Below, one piece after another: positions 1 through 10,600 of a stretch of DNA of 64,000 nt; position 1 is the stretch's first letter; each line of letters begins with the position of its first letter. Source of the stretch: Okamejei kenojei. Lineage: Eukaryota. Both the position numbers and the translations under genes were made by a program. The notes under the pieces are model-generated. The model had not been told where the DNA came from. It made no database searches and saw only the letters and a list, made by a program, of their open reading frames with translations. Location: the NCBI GenBank assembly GCA_035221665.1, contig CM069141.1, forward strand, positions 41,912,001 through 41,976,000, in the 5' to 3' direction.

Positions 1-600
1 ATTCGCGAGAAAGACTCTTGGTAGCGATGGTCTTTGTGGAGCCCTCCGTAGCCTGTTCTGCACCCCCGTTCGCCTTCCACGTTTCTGCTTCCTCTCCCGG
101 CGCTTGCTCCATCTCCTACCCTCCGGGGTGGTGATCCAGGGGGCTGTTCTGCCAAGCTCCATTGGGAATTTGGTGAGGGTACTGTAGTACTCACAAGCCA
201 GTTTCTCGCAACCACGTCCGATGTTGAGCAGTTCCGTTCGGCTCCACGTGCGACCTGTCGGGATCACGGTGCGGGTACTGGACTTCCCTGTCCTGGAGGG
301 GAGTCCCTTACTGTGTTTTCTGTGGGTACTGGGATTTCTATGGGTTCTATTTTTAGGTACCTTATTTCCACAGCCAAGTTCGGTACCGGGCTGCTCCGAA
401 TTGACTCGGACTGAGGAGCGCAAAGCTGCTGCGTCTGATTTCCCCGTCCTGGAGGTGAGTCCCTTACGGTGTTTTCGGGGGGTACTGGGATTTCCTGGGG
501 TTCTCGGGGTTCTAAGGTTTTTAAATACCTTATTTTCACAGCCGCGTTCGGTCCCAGGCTGCTCCGAAGCCCCTCGGACTGAGGAGTGCAAAGCTGCATT
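1..600 (-). mobile_element. 5' part of a Rex-Babar-type LINE (ORF N-terminus plus a 5' region with two ~155-bp tandem copies)
   Basis: Minus strand 1-250 translates WSRTELLNIG...RRERKQKRGRRTGVQNRLRRAPQRPSLPRVFLAN, matching the basic leader and PxLPxxxLAN that precede the Rex/Babar endonuclease. Direct repeat at ~283-430 and ~439-598. Confidence 0.7.
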
Positions 601-863
601 CTGAATTTCTATCTTCCACCTTATTAGAGTGTATTCCAAATCCTAACTAGTCCCAGTATAATATATATTCATGGTATTTAAACGTTGTTTGTTCATTGCC
701 TCAATTATTTTTCATTGCTTCAACTATTCAATTATTTTTCATTGTGTGCATCTAAACCTTCATCAATTTATCTCGGTTCAAAAGTGAGCAATCCTAGCTA
801 TCCTAGTTTATTCAGATAAAACTACTTTCCTCAATTCTGGAAATATTCAAATAAATCTCCTCG

Positions 864-1887
864 GTAGACACAAAATGCTGGAGTAACTCAGCGGGACAGG
901 CAGCATCTCTGGAGAAAAGGACGTTTCGGGACGAGACCCTTCATCAGCCTGATGTCAGGAGAGGGGGCGGGACAAAGATAGAATGTAGTCAGAGCCAAAG
1001 ATCCTATAAGACTAGTGGGACAACTAGGAAGGGTGAGGGGGTGGAGAGAGGAAGCAAACTCTATCTGAAGTAAGAGAAGTCAATGTTCAAACCACTGGGG
1101 TGTGAACTACGCAAGCAAAATATGAGGTGCTTCTCCTCCAATTTGCACTGAGCCTCACTCTGACAATGGAGGAGGCCCTGGACAGAAAGTCAGATTGGGA
1201 ATGGCAGGGGGAGTTGAAGTGATCAGGTAGGTTAAGATGCTCTGAACAGAGGTGTTCAGCGAAACGATCGCTGAGCCTGCGCTTGGTCTCGCCGATGTAG
1301 AGAAGTTGCCACCTGGAACAGCGAATACAGTAGATGAGGTTGGAGGAGGTGCAAGTGAACCACTGCCTCACCTGGAAAGACTTTGGGTCCTTGGATGGAG
1401 TCGAAGGGGGAGATAAAGGACCAGGTGTTGCAGGGGAAAGTACCTGGGGAGGGGGTGGTTTGGGTGGGAAGGGACGAGTTGACCAGGGAGTTTGAGGGAA
1501 CGGTCTCTGCGGAAAGCAGAAAGGCGTGGAGTTGGGAAGATGTGGCCAGTAGTAGGATCCCATTGGAGGTGGCAAAAATGTTGGAGGATTACAGGTATAT
1601 GCTGTGCGACGGCTGATGGGGTGGAAGATGAGGACAAGTGGGACTCTGTCCTTGTTACAAATAGCCCTTACTTTATCTCTTCATCCCCTTCCCAGATCTC
1701 CCACTAGTCTTACTGTCGCTGACTACATTCTATCTTTGTCCTGCCCCCTCCCGAGTCTGAAGAAGGGTCTCGACCTGAAATGTCACCCATTCCTTCGCTC
1801 CAGAGATGCTGCCTGTCCCGCTGAGTTACTCCAGCATTTTTTGTCTACCTTCGATTTAAACCAGCATCTGCTGTTCTTTCCTACACG
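864..1887 (-). mobile_element. Penelope-like element fragment (GIY-YIG remnant) with inverted terminal repeats
   Basis: ORF 1087-1575(-) contains CTSSNLIYCIRC...LYIGETKRRL.DRF.EH. Flanked by inverted copies of tagacacaaaatgctggagtaactcagc...gacccttc. Confidence 0.9.
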
Positions 1888-3691
1888 AAGAAATCTCCTC
1901 TATTTCCTCCACAAAACTGTCACCCTTCTTAAAGCACCAAATTCGACATTAAGTTCCAGCTTGGAGTGAACTAATAATTTATCTTTACACAAGATTCACG
2001 AGAATATGTTATTAATGCAGTCTGTGTAGATTATTACAGCAGGTCACTTGCCAAGATCCAACAAGACCAACTGATATGTAACAACCCATTGGATGCAAGG
2101 AAATATAGCAAGTTGAAAGCAAAGCTGGGTCAGTGCCAGACAACAAGGAGTCAACTATATTTTTACTTCCATGAAGATTGGAGCAGTGTATTCTAGCAGA
2201 GCTCTATATTTCTATGATTTAAATCAATGACTTCAACTTAAATATAGAAGTAGAATATACCAATATTACCAGTGGCTGATCGCAAGGAAGAAAGCTCCAT
2301 ACTGCAAGAAAGCTTATTCTGGTAATGCACTGGGGGAAGATAAGCAAAGCAAAGAAGCCAACAATGATAAAATGCGAAGTGTATCTGCATGGAAAATCAT
2401 GGCCCAAATCCATTGTTCCTTGAAGATAGAAAGAAGGTAACATGTTCAATAACGCATATAAGATGCTTACTTTTATTAAACAAGGCCAACATTTGCACAG
2501 GGGACTTGCTGGAACTGAGAAATTCACTATTTTGGCCACAAACATGTACATTGTACAGTTCCCGTGGACACAGTTCAGGAAATAATAGTTCAGGATCAGG
2601 ATCCCAGTTCAGGATTATAGCAATACAGCAGATGTAGAAGAGATTTATAAAGATGCTCAAATTGGGCAGTTTTAAATATAGGTAGATTGTCTAGGCATTT
2701 GAAACAATTAAATTAAATGAAAGACTTAATCAAAGTGTATATAATGTTGATAAATCTTGAGAGGGTGAACAGAAAGGTTTTGTTTCCTGTAACAGAGAGA
2801 ACAATAACCAGGTGGCATTGATTTAAGGTAATTTAAGAAGGATTAGAGGGAATTACATCGTTAATCTGTCCAGTCACAAAAGTTTGTCACTCTGTTAGTG
2901 CTCCACTACACCAACATTTAACTCCCTGCACCTTTCAATCAGATTTTCATGTGCCAAATGTCCACTATTGCACTTGTTTTGAACTTCCACCCCCTCAATC
3001 CTTGCTTCCAGCAAATCAAGTGCCTCCCCTACTGTATCTGCTGTACTGGCATCATCACAAGTGTAGAAATTCAAGCCCATTTTTGGGTTACATCACAGCC
3101 AGGTTTGGGAACAGTTCTGCCCAAGACCACAAGCAAAATACCTCAGGACATAAAGGGTAATGATGAAATGGATAGTCAGGACTAGTTTGATGTTGATAAA
3201 TGGCAGAACAGGCTCAATGCAAAGTGGTCTGTTCGTTTTGTTGATTTCCTATCCTCCACAAATAATCACTTCTGCCAAATACTTTTGTTCATTCTGATCC
3301 CCCACACAAAGTGCAAGGAGCATATTTTTTTTGTTTTTTTATTTTTATATTTTGGTCTGCATCTCTGCGGCTGTTAATGCGAAAGACTTCCCTTATTTCT
3401 CTCTCAATTCAACTTCCAAATTTAGTGTCATAAGCTGTGCACTTATGAATTGCAAACACTTCCATGGAATTCCCATTTTCCACTGTCATGAGCATGTTTG
3501 ACCTGCACCCTGAATCTGGCTTTCACATGGGGTTCAATCGCCCTTTTATTTATGGCTCAGATTGAGACATCACACAAAGAAAATATCACACAGCAGTGAC
3601 GAGTTTCTCAAAGAGTTTTATTCAGGCTTTGAGAGTACATACTGGGAAGGACTTTTCAAGAGGGCTTAAAATGTTTAGGTTTCAAACCACT

Positions 3692-4760
3692 GTGTAAGAC
3701 AGAACTGCAGATGCTGGTTTAAATTGAAGGTAGACACAAAATGCTGGAGTAACTCAGCGGGTGACGCAGCATTTCTGGAGAGAAGGAATGGACGACGTTT
3801 CGAGTCGACACACTTCTTCAGACTGATGTCAGGGGAGGGGGCGGGAGAAAGATGGAATGTAGTCGGAGACAGTAAGACTGGTGGGAGATCTGGAAACGGG
3901 ATGGAGAGAGAACGTAAGGTCTATCTGTAACAAGGACAGAGTCCCCCTTGTCCTTACCTTCCGCCCCATCAGCCGTCGGATGCAGCATATACCTGTAATC
4001 CTCCAACATTTTTGCCACCTCCAATGGGATCCCACTACTGGCCACATCTTCCCGTCTTCACCCCTTTCTGCTTTCCGCAGAAACCGTTCCCTCCGAAATT
4101 CCCTGGTCAACTCGTCCCTTCCCACCCAAACCACCCCCTCCCTAGGTACTTTCCCCTGCAACCGCAGGAGATGCAACACCTGTCCCTTTACTTTCTCCCT
4201 CAACTCCATCCAAGAACCCAAACAGTCTTTCCAGGTGAGGCAGAGGTTCACTTGCACCTCCTCCAACCTCATCTACAGTCTCCGCTGTTCCAGGTGGCAA
4301 CTTCTCTACATCGTCGAGACCAAGCGCAGGCTCGGCGATCGTTTCACTGAACACCTCCGCTATGTCCGTCTTAACCTACCTGATCTCCCGGTGGCTCAGC
4401 ACTTCAACTCCCCCTCCCATTCCCAATTTGACCTTTCTGTCCTGGGCCTCCTCCATTGTCAGAATGAGGCCCAGCGCAAATTGGAGGAACAGCACCTCAT
4501 ATTTTGCTTGGGTAGTTTACACCCCAGCAGTATGAACCTGACTTTTTTAACTTCAGATTGCCCTTGCTTTCTCTCTCCATCCCCTTCCCCTTCCCAGTTC
4601 TCCCACTAGTATTACTGTCTCCAACTACATTCTATCTTTGTCCCGCCTCCTCCCCTGACATCAATCTGAAGAAGGGTCTCGACACGAAACGTCGCCCATT
4701 CCTTCTCTCCAGAGATGCTGCCTCGCCGCTGAGTTACTCTAGCATTTAGCGTCTACCTAC
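3692..4760 (+). mobile_element. Penelope-like element fragment (GIY-YIG remnant) with inverted terminal repeats
   Basis: ORF 3881-4609 contains CNRRRCNTC...CTSSNLIY.LRC...LYI.ETKRRLGDRF.EH...VAQHFN. Same terminal repeat as 864-1887, in inverted arrangement. Confidence 0.9.
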
Positions 4761-5484
4761 AGAATGCATAGTATACATGTTACAACGGTTACATGTGGAT
4801 TTTACATTTTTCAGTAATTCACCAGTAACCCACTTTTCTTGCTGGTCTTTGATCCTTGTTTTATCTCAGATGGGATTGCCTCCATCTCTCTGACAGGTGG
4901 AACTTTCTTTTGCCTCAAAGTAGTTTCCCTATTTGCTCTGTAAATAGATGTCATGAAGTTTCCTCTTATGATGTGATCTACTTTATTGCATTCAGCCTGG
5001 TTTACAAACACTGTCTGTAAACTTTGCTATCTAAACACTTCCCTAATAGAATTACTGCCTCTTCTAACATGACCTTTAAGTTACCTTCACTATGTTGGCC
5101 TAATTTCCCATTATCCTTTTCCAATATGTAAGACTCTTGGGTTAACAAATGTGCCCAATTTCCTTACAATTTCCATAAATTCCTAGATGGCCAACATTTG
5201 TTTCCCTGCTATTCCAAACTTACATTCTCCCTGAATTACATTTGCTCTTTCCTTGATTCCCTCCTCATAACTAAAAGGTGATTTTTAGACCTCATAACTG
5301 CCAGTGATGCTTGATATTACTAAGCCATGGGATCATCCCCTCAGGTTTGTTGGAGATCTCAGGAAGAATGTTATTAGTCAGAAGCTAGTTAGCATCTGGG
5401 GTGAAAGAGGCCTGAAAGAGGTACTCCCATGTTTACTAAGAATTTGAATTGCAAGACTTAGAAGGCTGTAAAATAGGATTAGTA

Positions 5485-5610
5485 ATGTCTGAAGAAGCAT
5501 CCTGACCCAAAACGTTATCTTTCCATGTTCTCCAGAGATGCTGCCTGACCCACTCCAGCATTTTGTGTCTTTTTTTGTAAACCAGCATCTGCAGTTCTGT
5601 TTATCTCCTA
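5485..5610 (+). mobile_element. Penelope terminal-repeat fragment
   Basis: gtctgaagaag...ctccagagatgctgcctgacc...ctccagcattttgtgtc matches the terminal repeat at 4660-4760. Confidence 0.75.
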
Positions 5611-5928
5611 GTAATAATGGGTACTTGAAGATTACCATGTATATGGTGGGACAAGGAGCTGTTTTTGTGCTGTGTTTCTGGTCCTCAATGATATGAGGCG
5701 TGAGATATTTTTGTTTTCATAGAAAATTACAGCAATTGATCATTTCAATTAAACTGTGAAGCTGCCTGACCTGCTTAGTGTTCCCACCACTTTTAGGTTT
5801 TTACTTGAGATTTCCAATATATGCAGTGTATGGATTTCCATTGTACTAAATTATATAGCGGCCTAGTTATTCAATCGCTAATTTGGCATTCCAAAACCAT
5901 TCTTGTGAATCGTCGATGGATTCTTCGG

Positions 5929-6063
5929 GGTGGAAGATTGCAACCTTCACGTGGTCCGCCCTGTTTCGACTAATGCAATCAACTCGACGTGCACAAACGG
6001 AAGATCAAATAGAACAAGTTGTCCAACAGTTTTAGGCTGTGCACGCCACACGAAAGAAGAAGA
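5929..6063 (+). repeat. ~135-bp interspersed repeat with (AAG)n tail, second copy at ~37029-37150
   Basis: gattgcaaccttcacgtggtc...gatcaaatagaacaagttgtc...gctgtgcacgccacacg.aagaagaa is shared by both copies. Confidence 0.75.
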
Positions 6064-6105
6064 TGGATTCTTCCAACAATTAGTATACCCGTATATTTTA
6101 AGTAA

Positions 6106-6410
6106 AGCCCCTGTCCCACTTTCGATAGTTACTCACAAATTCTCCTGAGTTTTCCCCTTGATTCAAATTCGGAGAATTACAGTAATAGACAGCCATATTT
6201 TTTTTACTCGTGGACATTTTTCAACATGCTGAAAAGACGTCCCGACTTACCTGACACCACGAGTACCTACGGCTGGCATTACGAGCTGCTACGAAATATC
6301 TAAGGACACCTACGGCCTCACGACGGACTCCTATGGACATTCTCCGAGTTTGAAGCAAGGGGGAAACTCGGGAGAATTTGTGAGTAACTCGGGAAAGTGG
6401 GACAGGCCCC
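6106..6410. mobile_element. PIF/Harbinger-type MITE
   Basis: ~75-bp imperfect TIRs (agcccctgtcccactttc... / ...gaaagtgggacaggcccc). TAA on both sides (6103-6105, 6411-6413). Confidence 0.8.
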
Positions 6411-6532
6411 TAAGGCGACTGAATCATACACAATACTGTAGATGTGGTCTCATCGAGGCCCTCTGCAATTGTTGTAAGATATCTCTACTCTTGCATTCAA
6501 CCATTTTTCCAAGGAAGGCCAATATCTCTGAA

Positions 6533-6890
6533 TTAGACACAAAAAGCTGAAGTAACTCAGCGGAACAGACAGCATCTCTGGAGAGAGGGAATGGGCGACG
6601 TTCCGGGTTGAGACCCTGTAGATGATATAATTGTAACCCACACGCCCCTAGCTCGCTCTCTAGTGATCGTGACAGACCAAGTACAGCCAGGGCTATACAT
6701 ATAATGTATGCTTAATAAAGTAGTGAAGACTTTAAGGTGTCTGTGTACCTTCTCTACAGACCCTTCTTCAGACTGAAAGTCACGGGAAAGGGAAACGAGA
6801 GATATAGACGACGATGTAGAGAGATAAAGAACAATGAATGATAGATATGCAAAAAAGTAACAATGATAAAGGAAACAGGCTGGTTGTTGG
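6533..6890 (-). mobile_element. Penelope terminal repeat interrupted by a solo LTR
   Basis: tagacacaaaaagctgaagtaactcagc...gagaccc resumes as gacccttcttcagactga after the insert. Confidence 0.8.
6617..6758 (+). mobile_element. 142-bp solo LTR
   Basis: TGTAGA...TCTACA termini, 5-bp TSD GACCC (6612-6616 and 6759-6763), TATA-like ctatacatataa, and AATAAA at 6714-6719. Confidence 0.8.
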
Positions 6891-6999
6891 GTGAATAGGA
6901 TTTTCGATTATACAAACATGACACCATTGCAGCTCAATTACTTCCTTCCCCCACTTGCCCAACCATTGATTGAGCAAGCAGTTCACTTGCCGCTCCCAC

Positions 7000-7593
7000 C
7001 TGTCGACCGTCCCACGGTGCTCGGCGAGTATGCGGGGCACCTTGGGTCGAATTGTAGTTCTACACCGGCATCCCAGCCAGGCAGAGCAGTGGCGTAAAGA
7101 CTCCAGCTCCCAGAGGGCAATGCGCCGGGGGGGGGGGGGTGACGCAGAGCGGAGTGTAGCTGTCTCCTTGTGGAACGTAGCCCGGAGGAGGAAGGGGGCC
7201 AGTCCGCGAGCCACGCTCGGCAGCCGTGGTGGGCGGGGGCGCTGTCACTGACGCTGTCGCTGACGAAGCAGCCGCTTGCAGAAGGGAGGTTCGGGAGGAC
7301 GCGGAGACTGCACCGGCGGCCGGGCAGCTTGATCGGCTGGCTGCAGTAGGAGGGGAGGGGAGGAAAGGAAGGGAAGGGAGGATTGGTGCTGGTACCGGGC
7401 GAGGGCTGCGACCTGCTCCGTCCGATAACACTGCACCAATCCGCGGCAGTTTACCGTCGCTCGATCGTGACAACTCCTTTCCTCCCTCCCCCTCGGGTTA
7501 ATCCGTTCAACCCCATATATCAAATCGGGCTGCGGCGAGTCCGGCTGGGCTTCACGGTACTGCTGGTAAATCATCTGCTTAAAAAACCGCGAC
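7000..7593 (+). promoter_or_regulatory. CpG-island promoter and 5'UTR of PANK3
   Basis: GC/CpG-rich. ACTACA-type (ZNF143/THAP11-associated) motif GAATTGTAGTTC at 7049-7060, GC box GGGCGGGG at 7231, TGACG CRE half-sites at 7140, 7249 and 7261. Lies immediately upstream of the exon 1 ATG. Confidence 0.75.
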
Positions 7594-7621
7594 ATGAAGA
7601 TCAAGGACGCCAAGAAACCTT
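7594..7621 (+). CDS. PANK3: PANK3 coding exon 1 (MKIKDAKKP+T)
   Basis: gacATGAAGATCAAGGACGCCAAGAAACCTT|gtgagt. Confidence 0.92.
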
Positions 7622-10600
7622 GTGAGTTTGTTAATTTATAGATCTTTTTTAACCTCGAACAATAACGTCATTACACATTACAGTTTGTGGGTGGGGATAG
7701 TTAATGTTGCCATTTATTCTGCATCGCAGCAGTATTAGACGGTTAGTCAGTGCGCAATGCCTTGTGCTCCGGCGAGTTTTTTTCTGCACGAAAAGGACAA
7801 TTGGCAGTAAATCGAAGTGAAACGTCCACTGTAATGAAACGACGTCCGAGAACCATCTTTCAGGAAATAGCCCTTCGCAGCGTTGCTTCCCTCCCCCTTC
7901 CTCAGGAAGTGGTGCCACCATAGTAATGGAAGAGACCCGCTGTATTCTCATTTGCAAGAAATGTGCAGATTGGTTTGATGTTCCGTGATAGAATGTGTTT
8001 GTCAATTAAGACCCCCTCAGCGACGAGAGATTCCTTGTACTGACACAACACGGATTGTCAGTTTTAGATTTTATTCTCCATTTTCCAAATTTCCTTTACC
8101 GGGGTAAGGTTTTATATACGTGTGTTTGGTCAACGTTCTGAAACATCATGCACTGTATAGCACTATACTTCATTACCATTTATTTAGTAATTTATCTTAA
8201 TTTTATTTGAGAGGTTGGCGTTTGGTAACAAGCTGCCGTATTTCTAAAAACCCTGTGTAGGAAGGAATTGCAGATGCTGTTTACACCGAAGAGAAACACT
8301 CTTGTATAAAAATGACATTAAATGATTTTCATTAAATTGATTTCTGCCCTTGTAATGCGACTGGGAATGCATATGGGGAATCATGTCAAATATTTATATT
8401 TATCTGCATTTCTATTTAATCCTTGTAAAACTATATATATGCTTTACATGAAATCAGAGAACTGATTTGGTGGTGGGGGGGAGAGGAGGGGGAAATATTC
8501 AATGTACTTCTCTTTTAGCACTTTTTAGTGGAACATAATTTGCTGTTAAAAGCTAACACCCGATGATATTTTCAGAGAAATAGGAAAAATAAGTAATTCA
8601 GGGAATCTTCAGACATGAATAATGCATAATGTGGTAACAAGGTTAATTATATGCATTTATATAACTGGTATGTTATATAATTCCAAACATAATTGCTGTT
8701 CAAAGATCTATTTCCATCATTCCAAATGCAAGTGTTGTTCAACAATCTATTTCCATTGTGGACATACCCTGCAGTACTATCTTCCTTACATATTTCTTAT
8801 TCAAGTTATTAGTAAATTAAAACGCTATAACTACTGGATTGTCATTGTAAACCCACCTCTTTCATTCATGTCCCGCACAAGAGGTTGTGATCTAAAATTC
8901 TCCATTGTTCTGTCACTTCCATCAGTATTTAGAGTAAGTCAAACAGCAATAGAACATACTGAGAAATAAAACGTTCTTTAACGTTGCTTAAAGTCTGTCC
9001 ATTTATTTTTAATCCTTCTGCAGGTGGGCTTCCGTACATTGCAATGTAAAGAGATGAAGGGCAATAAGCCAGTTCGGTATTCCGAAAAACTCAATTCCGA
9101 ATCATGGTATTTTTCAAAGGTCCTTCGAGAATAAAAAAAGCAAACGAGGTGAATGATAGCGGGGGAGAGTAGAGTGTAACAGCGAGCGAGAGGTGGGAGA
9201 CATGGGGAGACGGTGACAAGTGGGGGAAGAGAGGTTTCAGTTAGACAGACCACCACAGATAAAGCCATTGGCTTGTTGCTTCTTGGAGAGTTGAGAAAAT
9301 GTCCTCGATCAAGAGAATACAACTTCAGAACCCTCTCGTCTCTGGAAATTTCACTCAATGGAAACTTTAGGTCATTTGTTCCTTGCACCCGTGGAAATCC
9401 TCGCTCCCATCCATTCCAACCACGGCACAACGGTCTAATGTGTAGGAAGTCTGAAGGATGGTCTTCTGTACAGAGGTCTGCGGACGGGAGTGTCGGCCAG
9501 GCCGGCGGGTAGCGTGGAGGGGAAGCGCCGGTCCCAGCTCGATTCTGCCTGTCCTGCGGGCGGGACATCGGGGTTGAGCTGGAGTTGGTGCTGCTTTTCA
9601 ACGCCGCCTGCGGGCCTGGCCTACACTGTCAGCGCCCCGCTGGGACAGGCAGAACCGAGCTGGAGCCAGCACCCCCCTCTGCCAACTCGGGGCTGCCCCG
9701 GATGCCCCCGGATAGGATACTATGGAGGGGACGGCCCAGTGGAGGCTCGATAGGGGCAAGACGCACGTCCGCACCAATGTAACGGCACGGCCACCGCGAG
9801 TGTTTAGCCCGAGTGACCTATGACCTGTACATGCACAGTCGGAATACTGAACTGGCTTATTGAATCTGATTTTTTTAAAGCCTGCTCATACTAGAAATCT
9901 GGATAATAAAATCCCAGAAAATATTGGCAACATCCAGCAGGTCAGATAGCATCTTTGGAAAGAGAAATAAAATTCATGTTTCACGTCAAAGACCCTTTGT
10001 TAGACAAGTTTGTTTCTTCAAAGAATGGAGAGGGCTTTCATGACCTTAAGATATCTCAAAGCACTTTGCAGCCAAATTAGAATTTTTGAAGTATGGATAC
10101 TGGCAATGTTGGAAACTCCATTGCTAGCTTGCCAACTGCAATGAAATGCCAACCAGATGATTTACTTTGATGATGATAGACACAAAATGCTGGAGTAACT
10201 CAATGGCTCAAACAGCATCCCTGGAGAAAATAAATAGGTGACATTTCGGGTGTAGACCCTTCTTCAGACTGGGTCTCAACCTGAAAAGTCACCTATTCCT
10301 TTTTCCCGAGATGCTGCCTGATCTGCTGAATTTCTCCAGCATTTTGTGTGTCTGGTCTAAACCAACGTCTGCAGTTCCTATACATTTTCTTTGAGATTGG
10401 TTGAAAAATAAATATTAGCTAGAACTCCCGTTACTTTTTTTAATTAGTGGTTTGAGAAGATCCACAGTTCTGTGCCAAATGTTTCTACTCTTTTGTGAAT
10501 GCTGGACATTTGACAACATATACCAAATATGGAGATCGATCAGCGTGCCCTTTGTACAGTAAACAAGCAAATTATGATCCTACTTAAAAGTTAATCAAGA

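Noticed and set aside
6780-7625. Several 70-140 aa ORFs over the promoter, and a possible PANK2-like N-terminal extension
   Set aside because: These are typical of stop-poor GC-rich DNA. An in-frame TAA at 7567-7569 closes the frame upstream of the ATG at 7594.
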